Shown here piece after piece: positions 40,098 to 46,504 of a stretch of DNA of 64,000 nt. The notes beneath the pieces are model-generated. The model had not been told where the DNA came from. It was given only the letters and a program-made list of their open reading frames with translations, and made no database searches. This DNA is from a virus. A program made the position numbers and the translations under genes. Numbering within the stretch: position 1 is the stretch's first letter; every line of letters starts with the position of its first letter. Where the stretch lies: positions 23,551 to 87,550 of IMG/VR virus record IMGVR_UViG_3300028025_003977; one strand, 5' to 3'.

Positions 40098-40177
40098 CGT
40101 AGAGTTGGGCAGGTGGTGAGCCCCTTTGACTGTAAATCAAACGCTTTGCTGTGTAGGTTCGATTCCTATCTCTACGA
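40098..40177 (+). tRNA. tRNA-Tyr(GTA), long variable arm, C1:G72, no encoded CCA
   Basis: Acceptor CGTAGAG/CTCTACG, D stem GGGC/GCCC, anticodon arm TTTGA-CTGTAAA-TCAAA, T arm GTAGG-TTCGATT-CCTAT. Confidence 0.88.
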
Positions 40178-40181
40178 CTAA

Positions 40182-40254
40182 TCCCCAATAGCTCAATTGG
40201 CAGAGCGTTAAACTGTTAATTTAAATGTTCCTGGTTCGAGTCCAGGTTGGGGAG
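40182..40254 (+). tRNA. tRNA-Asn(GTT)
   Basis: Acceptor TCCCCAA/TTGGGGA, anticodon arm TTAAA-CTGTTAA-TTTAA, T arm CCTGG-TTCGAGT-CCAGG, G73. Confidence 0.92.
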
Positions 40255-40258
40255 CAGC

Positions 40259-40316
40259 AGTATATGTTTGTCAGTTGCATATACTCCCACATGTTAAGTG
40301 GCATGGCAAACTGACA
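40259..40316 (+). ncRNA. Putative H-type pseudoknot element in the tRNA spacer
   Basis: S1 40259-66/40278-85 (8 bp); S2 40269-76/40309-16 (8 bp); internal hairpin CCAC/GTGG. Confidence 0.45.
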
Positions 40317-40317
40317 G

Positions 40318-40388
40318 GCGAATGTTGCATAATGGTAGTGCCTCAGTTTTCCAAACTGACGGTGAGAGTTCGATTCTCTCCATTCGCT
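40318..40388 (+). tRNA. tRNA-Gly(TCC)
   Basis: Acceptor GCGAATG/CATTCGC, anticodon arm TCAGT-TTTCCAA-ACTGA, T arm GAGAG-TTCGATT-CTCTC, U73. Confidence 0.92.
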
Positions 40389-40389
40389 C

Positions 40390-40462
40390 CCCTAATTAGC
40401 TCAGTGGATAGAGCAAACGGTTTCTACCCGTTAGGTCAGGAGTTCGAATCTCTTATTGGGGG
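40390..40462 (+). tRNA. tRNA-Arg(TCT)
   Basis: Acceptor CCCTAAT/ATTGGGG, anticodon arm AACGG-TTTCTAC-CCGTT, A20 in the D loop; 1 nt after tRNA-Gly. Confidence 0.9.
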
Positions 40463-40504
40463 CTTTAGAGTATAATTAAACTAAGAAACATCTAAGGAGA
40501 TGTA

Positions 40505-40729
40505 ATGGAAACAACTGTAGAAGAAAAACAGGAACGAAAGTTACTAATAGCAGATAGATGTGACAGGTGTGGTGCTCAAGCATTTGTCCTTGTAAAAGGC
40601 GTAGCAGGAGAGCTATATTTCTGCGGGCATCACTATACAAAAAATGAAGATGCTCTTATTAAATTTTCCTATGAAATCATAGACGAAAGAGACTTTATTA
40701 ACGAAAGATCGTCTTCAAGTCCTATCTAG
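40505..40729 (+). CDS. Small Zn-finger protein (actinophage-type)
   Basis: DRCDRCGAQA...LYFCGHH. TATAAT at 40471-76; the SD sits in an ACATCT/AGATGT hairpin. Confidence 0.8.
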   Translation: METTVEEKQERKLLIADRCDRCGAQAFVLVKGVAGELYFCGHHYTKNEDALIKFSYEIIDERDFINERSSSSPI

Positions 40730-40782
40730 GATATAATAGATTTGGGTTTAATCCCTAATTTATAGGAAAAGAGTGATTCTAA

Positions 40783-41172
40783 ATGGGTTCACCAATCGTG
40801 GGAGGTAAGGTTACAACACCTTACAAGAAGCTTGGAAAGATGTGGAGCAAGGGCTATCACACAGGAGTAGACTACGCTTGCAAAGAAGGAACAGACATTG
40901 TTGCTGTTGCTGACGGTAAGATTGAAAATGCATCTTGGGGTGCCAGCTATGGCACACAGTTAGTTCAAAAAGTTGAGGGTGGATGGGTAATCTATGCACA
41001 CCTTTCAAAGGCTCTAGTAAAGCCAGGAGACAAAGTAAAGAAGGGTCAGCATATTGGAGAGTCTGGTAATACAGGCAACTCTTCAGGTCCCCACCTTCAC
41101 TTTGAAATGAGAGACAACATTAGATGGAGTGCAGGTAAGGACATTGATCCTGCTGCAATTCTTGCATCTTAA
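40783..41172 (+). CDS. Stand-alone M23 peptidase (candidate endolysin)
   Basis: HTGVD, YAHL, GPHLHFE; no signal peptide or binding domain. Confidence 0.88.
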   Translation: MGSPIVGGKVTTPYKKLGKMWSKGYHTGVDYACKEGTDIVAVADGKIENASWGASYGTQLVQKVEGGWVIYAHLSKALVKPGDKVKKGQHIGESGNTGNSSGPHLHFEMRDNIRWSAGKDIDPAAILAS

Positions 41173-41187
41173 TATAACTAAATAGTA

Positions 41188-41223
41188 GAGCCCTTGACAA
41201 TTGTCAGGGGCTTCTGCTATAAT
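41188..41223 (+). promoter_or_regulatory. Promoter overlapping a terminator-like hairpin, probably leaderless
   Basis: TTGACA (41194-99), 18 nt, TATAAT (41218-23) with extended TG; ATG 7 nt later. Dyad GAGCCCTTGAC-aatt-GTCAGGGGCTT. Confidence 0.7.
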
Positions 41224-41230
41224 ATTCCTT

Positions 41231-41398
41231 ATGTCAGAAATTAATATAGAAAGTTTAATTGAAGAAATTATTTCTCAAAAACATGAAGAAATTCCAGAAA
41301 TTGAATCCGAACATTTTCAAGCTTTTGTTAATGGGTGGAACAACTCATTAGAAGAAATAATTAAATACCTAAAACAAAAAAACGGAGAAAACATTTAA
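41231..41398 (+). CDS. Small acidic protein
   Basis: ATG 41231 is positioned as a leaderless start. Confidence 0.7.
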   Translation: MSEINIESLIEEIISQKHEEIPEIESEHFQAFVNGWNNSLEEIIKYLKQKNGENI

Positions 41399-41536
41399 AT
41401 GGGAAAACACCATGATAAAATTCTTGCAGCCTTAGAGGTTCGTAAAAACAATGTGCCACAAAGAGGTGGATACAATATGCCAGGTTCAATGAACAAAAAG
41501 AAAACAGGATATGTAAAGCGAGGAATTAAGCGATAG
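41399..41536 (+). CDS. Small basic protein (45 aa, not in the ORF track)
   Basis: MGKHHDKILAALEVRKNNVPQRGGYNMPGSMNKKKTGYVKRGIKR; starts directly after the upstream TAA. Confidence 0.7.
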   Translation: MGKHHDKILAALEVRKNNVPQRGGYNMPGSMNKKKTGYVKRGIKR

Positions 41537-41547
41537 CTTTTTCCCAA

Positions 41548-41619
41548 GCCTCTTTAGCTCAGTGGTAGAGCAACGCTCTTGTAAAGCGTAGGTCATCCGT
41601 TCAAATCGGATAAGGGGCT
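41548..41619 (+). tRNA. tRNA-Thr(TGT)
   Basis: Acceptor GCCTCTT/AAGGGGC, anticodon arm ACGCT-CTTGTAA-AGCGT, T arm ATCCG-TTCAAAT-CGGAT. Confidence 0.92.
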
Positions 41620-41643
41620 CTCAAGAAAACAATTAGGAGAAAA

Positions 41644-41937
41644 ATGAATCTAGTAGAATTTATTGAAGAAGTTAAGTCAGGTCAGACCCTTGTGGATTTC
41701 TGGGCTGAATGGTGTGGACCATGCAAGATGCTAACACCTGTAATTGAAGAACTATCTAAAGAGCAGGATGTTCGTTTGCTAAAGATTAATGTTGATGAAA
41801 GTCCAGAGCTTGCACAAGCACTTGGCATCAATAGCATTCCAGTTATTATGCTATACAATAGTGGAGAAAAACTAAAGCATATTGTTGGTGCTAAGCCAAA
41901 GCCAGCACTAAAGAAAGCGTTGTTTGATAATGTTTAA
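41644..41937 (+). CDS. trxA: Thioredoxin
   Basis: VDFWAEWCGPCK...INSIP. Confidence 0.95.
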   Translation: MNLVEFIEEVKSGQTLVDFWAEWCGPCKMLTPVIEELSKEQDVRLLKINVDESPELAQALGINSIPVIMLYNSGEKLKHIVGAKPKPALKKALFDNV

Positions 41938-42202
41938 TCGTAAATTAAAAGATGAGATGCTTGTAGAAGAACACCAGTATCGTGCTGTTATTACATATCT
42001 TCCTGAAAAGGGAACCTATAAGGCATCAGTTCAAAGAAGAACTGGGATTAACGAATGGGTTAAAGTACGTTGTGGGTTAAAGGGTATTAGCTTTGCATCT
42101 AAAAAACATGCGGAAGAAGTAGCAAGACACCACATTAGAGTACAAAAGAGCCTTGACGATAAGATTAATAGTCCTGTATCATATATCATATATGACGATT
42201 AG
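41930..42202 (+). CDS. Hypothetical protein
   Basis: ATG 41930 overlaps the thioredoxin end. Confidence 0.65.
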   Translation: MFNRKLKDEMLVEEHQYRAVITYLPEKGTYKASVQRRTGINEWVKVRCGLKGISFASKKHAEEVARHHIRVQKSLDDKINSPVSYIIYDD

Positions 42203-42213
42203 GAGGATGTTTT

Positions 42214-42468
42214 ATGCCAGCCCCATATAAAGTTCGTAGAAACTATCGTGGATGTAACGGATACTCTGTTGTAAGTGCAGATGGCAAAAGCCATGGATGC
42301 ATGAAGACTCGCCGTATGGCTATTCGCCAACAAAGAGCATTGTATGCAGCAACAGCAGATAAAAAGTCTAACGAAATTTCTGCTATTGAAGATCAAATTA
42401 TTAAGCAATATGTAGAGGAAATTAAAAAAGAATCTGAAATTTGGAACGGATCAGTACTAAAAAAGTAA
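42214..42468 (+). CDS. Small basic hypothetical protein
   Basis: SD AGGAGG; MPAPYKVRRNYRGC.GY.V...HGC pattern. Confidence 0.7.
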   Translation: MPAPYKVRRNYRGCNGYSVVSADGKSHGCMKTRRMAIRQQRALYAATADKKSNEISAIEDQIIKQYVEEIKKESEIWNGSVLKK

Positions 42469-42470
42469 CT

Positions 42471-42499
42471 GTGCCATACGCATAAATAGATGATAAAAT
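42471..42499 (+). promoter_or_regulatory. Promoter of the second fibre operon, probably leaderless
   Basis: GTGCCA, 17 nt, TAAAAT (42494-99) with extended TG; ATG 6 nt later. Confidence 0.55.
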
Positions 42500-42505
42500 A
42501 GACTT

Positions 42506-45500
42506 ATGGCATCCAAGAAATTTTTAAACCCTATAAACCTGCTAAATTTAGCATCTGACCCTGCCAGTGCCACCGAAGGTGATATTTATTTTAACACCAC
42601 CGATGATGTTGTAAAGGTATATGCCAATGGTGCTTGGGTAGCAGTTGGTGCCAATCCTACACAAGAAGATATTCAAGACCTTGTTGCCCCATTATTTACA
42701 CACTCTAATCACATCAATGCTTCTGTAACTTATGAAGACGCATCTAATGAACTACATATCGATGTAATTAGTGCTCCATCTGCTGGATATACTGGCACAG
42801 TAAAACATGATGTTAGATTAAACGGAAGCATTGCAACGGGTCAAGCAGTTTATGTAAGTTCTTCAAATGGAACAAATATGATTGTTTCAAAAGCCTCAAA
42901 CGCATCTGAAGCAACATCTAGCAAAACTCTTGGTCTTTTAGAGTCTGGTGGAACAAACAATGCATTAGTTAAAGTTGTAACAGAAGGTCTCTTGGCAGGT
43001 CTTAATACATCCACCGCAGGTACAGAGGGTGATCCAGTATGGCTTGGCACCGATGGAAATTTAATTTATGGTCTTGCAAACAAACCTGTTCCTCCTGCAC
43101 ACTTAGTTTTTATTGGTATTGTTACCAGAAAAAATGAAAACAATGGTGAGATCTTTGTTAAAGTACAGAACGGCTTTGAGCTAAAAGAAATTCATGATGT
43201 ACTTCTTGAAGCTAATGAGTCAATAGCAGATAATGAAATCCTCTCTTATGATAGTGCAAGTGGTCTTTGGAAAAATCAAACTCCAGCAGAAGCAGGGCTT
43301 CAAGTAATTGTTTCTGGCGTATCAGATACTGAAATCGGATATCTTGACGGAGTTACAAGTGCTATTCAAACACAGATAAACAATAAAGCATCTTTATCTG
43401 GTGCTACATTTACTGGAGAAATTGAAGCCACTAAACTTAAGGCTACTGCAGCTGGTGGAGACGAGGGTGGAGAAATACTTCTTGGAAAACCATCCACAAA
43501 TACAACCCTTGCTGGCATAGGCGTTACTGTAGATGTTTACCAAAATAGACTTAGATTTTTTGAACAAGGTGGAGATGCTCGTGGATACTACATTGACATT
43601 ACTAATGGTGGATCAGCTGCGTCAACAAACCTAGTTAGTGCTGGTGGATCAAGCAATCTTGACGGTCTTACAGACGTAACAATTAGCGGAACCATAGCAG
43701 ACAATGAAGTTCTTGCATATGACACTGCAACTTCTCAGTGGATTAATCAAACTACAACAGAAGCAGGGCTTGCTAAAACCACAGACCTTGATTCATACCA
43801 GCCACTAGATGCAGATTTATCAGCAATTGGTGCACTTACTGGAACTTCTGGACTTTTAAAAAAGGAATCAGCTAACAACTGGTCACTTGACACAAATACT
43901 TATATTACATCATCTGCACTTAATGGTTATGCGTTACTAACTGATCCAGAGTTTCTTGGAACACCTCTTGCTCCAACCGTTACTGCTGGAGATAATAGTA
44001 CAAAAATTGCTACAACAGCGTTTGTTGCTACAAGTTTTGCTCCGATTAATGCACCAACATTTACTGGCACAGTAGTTCTTCCATCTACAACTTCCATAGG
44101 AGATGCATCCTCTACTGAAATTAGCTACTTGAATGGCGTGACTTCTTCAATCCAAACACAATTAAATAGCAAGCCTGACCTTACTTCTGGCGTTCTTAGC
44201 GAATCTGTAATCCCGATAGAAATTGCAAGAGTTAGCGATATGTCAAACTCTACAACTGGCTATGTTCCTATAAATACAAAAGGACAGCCTGACGGTGTAG
44301 CAACACTTGATGGAAGTGGAAAAGTTCCAAGTACACAATTAGATCAATTCGTTGTTGCCTTTTTAGCAGGACCAACATTTACTGGTACAGTAATTCTTCC
44401 GTCAACAACAAGTATTGGAACAGTTACTTCAACAGAAATTGGATACTTAGACGGAGTAACATCTGCACTTCAGACACAGATTGACAACAAGCTTTCAACA
44501 TCATTAGCTGTATCAAACTACTTAAGTAAGGCAGATGCAATATCAGACTATCAGCCAAAAGATTTAGATCTTACAAATATTTCTGCATTGTCAACAACTG
44601 GAATTGTTGTTCGTGGAGTAGACTCAACATACACTACAGTAACTAATAATTCTTCTAATTGGGATACTGCATACACTGATAGAAATAAATGGGATGGTGG
44701 ATCAACAGGTCTCAATGCATCATCTGGAAGAACATCTTTAGGTCTTGTAATTGGAACAGATGTTCAAGCTTACAGTTCACATCTTGCAGGAATTAATACT
44801 CTTGGTTCTGGTACTGGTCTTTTAAAAAATACAGCAGGAACATGGTCTTACGACACAAGTACATATGCATTAGCATCTTCTTTGTCTGGCTACCAGCCAC
44901 TTGACGGAGACCTTACAGCAATCTCTGCAATTACTTCAGGTGTTGGATTATTAAAAAGACTTGGACCAGATACATGGTCTATTGATACAAGTTCTTATAT
45001 AACTGGCTCTTCTCCAACAATTAGTACCTCTTTAATATCTGGAACAAGTACCTTTAATTTAATAAATGCTACTGCAACAACAGTAAATTTTGCAGGTGCT
45101 GCGACAACATTAATAATTGGAGCAACAGATGCAGGGGCAACAACAACTATTAGAACCCCAACAATACTTACAACAAGCTCAAACCTAGATTTATTTAATA
45201 CAACCGCAACCACTGTTAACTTTGCAGGTGCAGCAACAACATTTACAATTGGAGGAACTCCAACAGGATCTGTTACTGCAACTTTATTTGGAAATGCTAC
45301 CACAACAACAAAAACAATTAATATCGGAACTGGTGGAGCATCAGGTTCAGAAACAAATATTAATATTGGTTCTTCAACAAGTGGGGCAACTGGAACAGTT
45401 TCTGTTTACCCTTCTACAAATTTTGTTGGTTCAGTTTCTGTTCCGACACCAACATCCTCTAATCATGCAGCACCGAAAAGCTATGTTGATGCACTAGCAG

Positions 45501-46501
45501 CTGGTGTAGTAGTAAAAGCTCAAGTAGTCTATACTTCTTCTACTAATTTAAATGCAACCTATGCAAATGGAACTAGTGATTCTTCTGGTGGTCTTGGTGT
45601 TGGAGCAACCCTTACTGGAAACGTAGACGGAGCACTAATCCTTGATGGACCAGAAGTAGAAGCTGGTCAAAGAGTTCTTATTAAAAATCAAACCGATGCA
45701 AAGCATAACGGTATATATGTTGTAACTTTTGCTGGAGATGGTGACGATCCATTTATTTTGACAAGAGCAACCGACTTTAATGGTAACTCTTCAACTAACG
45801 GTATAGTTAAAAACGCAAACTATGTTTTTGTTACCTCTGGAACCAACTCTGCAAATGACTCTTATGTAGTTTCTCTTGCAGGAACATCAACATCCCCAAG
45901 CGGTGCAATTAAATTTGGAACAGACAATGTTTCTTTTGCACAGTACTCTGGTGTACCAAATAACATCAGCACACTTGGATATGTTACAACAGGAACTTGG
46001 GCAGCAACCCCAATTGATAAAGACTTTATTGATGTTGAAATAGCCAGAACAAACGATCCAGTATTTACTGGTCATGTTACAGTTCCGTCCCCTACAGATG
46101 ATACTGATGCAGCAAACAAAGAATATGTAGATGATTTAATTTTTGCCAGTTTGCCATACCTTCCAGACATTATTCCACTGGATGACTTGAGGTATGAGTT
46201 TAACGACATAGATTCTAGATTTGTTCCAAAATTCCAAGGAGAACAGGTAGCAATTAATAACCCACTTAGACTTTTGTTAACAATAAATGGTATAATTCAA
46301 ACAGTGGACTTTCCAGAATATGTCTGGCAATCTATGCTACCAAGAGAAGGCTTTATGGTAGACTCAGATGGCTACATTGCATTTTCTGAAGTACCACCAG
46401 CAGGATCAACATTTGATGCCAGGTTAATGCTTGGACCAAACGTAAATTCAATAAAGAAAGGGTATCCATTCAAAGCGGTGGATATATTATTAGGAGCATA
46501 A
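42506..46501 (+). CDS. Mosaic repeat tail fibre protein, module B gene 1
   Basis: 3x TEIxYLxGVTSxxQTQ, 3x YQPxDxDLxxI, 2x ADNExLxYD...W.NQT..EAGL, 2x ATTVNFAGAATT. C-terminus homologous to 11183..15013. Confidence 0.8.
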   Translation: MASKKFLNPINLLNLASDPASATEGDIYFNTTDDVVKVYANGAWVAVGANPTQEDIQDLVAPLFTHSNHINASVTYEDASNELHIDVISAPSAGYTGTVKHDVRLNGSIATGQAVYVSSSNGTNMIVSKASNASEATSSKTLGLLESGGTNNALVKVVTEGLLAGLNTSTAGTEGDPVWLGTDGNLIYGLANKPVPPAHLVFIGIVTRKNENNGEIFVKVQNGFELKEIHDVLLEANESIADNEILSYDSASGLWKNQTPAEAGLQVIVSGVSDTEIGYLDGVTSAIQTQINNKASLSGATFTGEIEATKLKATAAGGDEGGEILLGKPSTNTTLAGIGVTVDVYQNRLRFFEQGGDARGYYIDITNGGSAASTNLVSAGGSSNLDGLTDVTISGTIADNEVLAYDTATSQWINQTTTEAGLAKTTDLDSYQPLDADLSAIGALTGTSGLLKKESANNWSLDTNTYITSSALNGYALLTDPEFLGTPLAPTVTAGDNSTKIATTAFVATSFAPINAPTFTGTVVLPSTTSIGDASSTEISYLNGVTSSIQTQLNSKPDLTSGVLSESVIPIEIARVSDMSNSTTGYVPINTKGQPDGVATLDGSGKVPSTQLDQFVVAFLAGPTFTGTVILPSTTSIGTVTSTEIGYLDGVTSALQTQIDNKLSTSLAVSNYLSKADAISDYQPKDLDLTNISALSTTGIVVRGVDSTYTTVTNNSSNWDTAYTDRNKWDGGSTGLNASSGRTSLGLVIGTDVQAYSSHLAGINTLGSGTGLLKNTAGTWSYDTSTYALASSLSGYQPLDGDLTAISAITSGVGLLKRLGPDTWSIDTSSYITGSSPTISTSLISGTSTFNLINATATTVNFAGAATTLIIGATDAGATTTIRTPTILTTSSNLDLFNTTATTVNFAGAATTFTIGGTPTGSVTATLFGNATTTTKTINIGTGGASGSETNINIGSSTSGATGTVSVYPSTNFVGSVSVPTPTSSNHAAPKSYVDALAAGVVVKAQVVYTSSTNLNATYANGTSDSSGGLGVGATLTGNVDGALILDGPEVEAGQRVLIKNQTDAKHNGIYVVTFAGDGDDPFILTRATDFNGNSSTNGIVKNANYVFVTSGTNSANDSYVVSLAGTSTSPSGAIKFGTDNVSFAQYSGVPNNISTLGYVTTGTWAATPIDKDFIDVEIARTNDPVFTGHVTVPSPTDDTDAANKEYVDDLIFASLPYLPDIIPLDDLRYEFNDIDSRFVPKFQGEQVAINNPLRLLLTINGIIQTVDFPEYVWQSMLPREGFMVDSDGYIAFSEVPPAGSTFDARLMLGPNVNSIKKGYPFKAVDILLGA

Positions 46502-46504
46502 ACA

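Noticed and set aside
40255-40317. Canonical HDV/theta ribozyme, pistol, hammerhead or degenerate tRNA
   Set aside because: No room for P3/L3, no conserved catalytic cores, no cloverleaf. Kept only as an unassigned pseudoknot.
40275-40475. 66-aa ORF in the track
   Set aside because: Overlaps the tRNA-Gly and tRNA-Arg genes; spurious.
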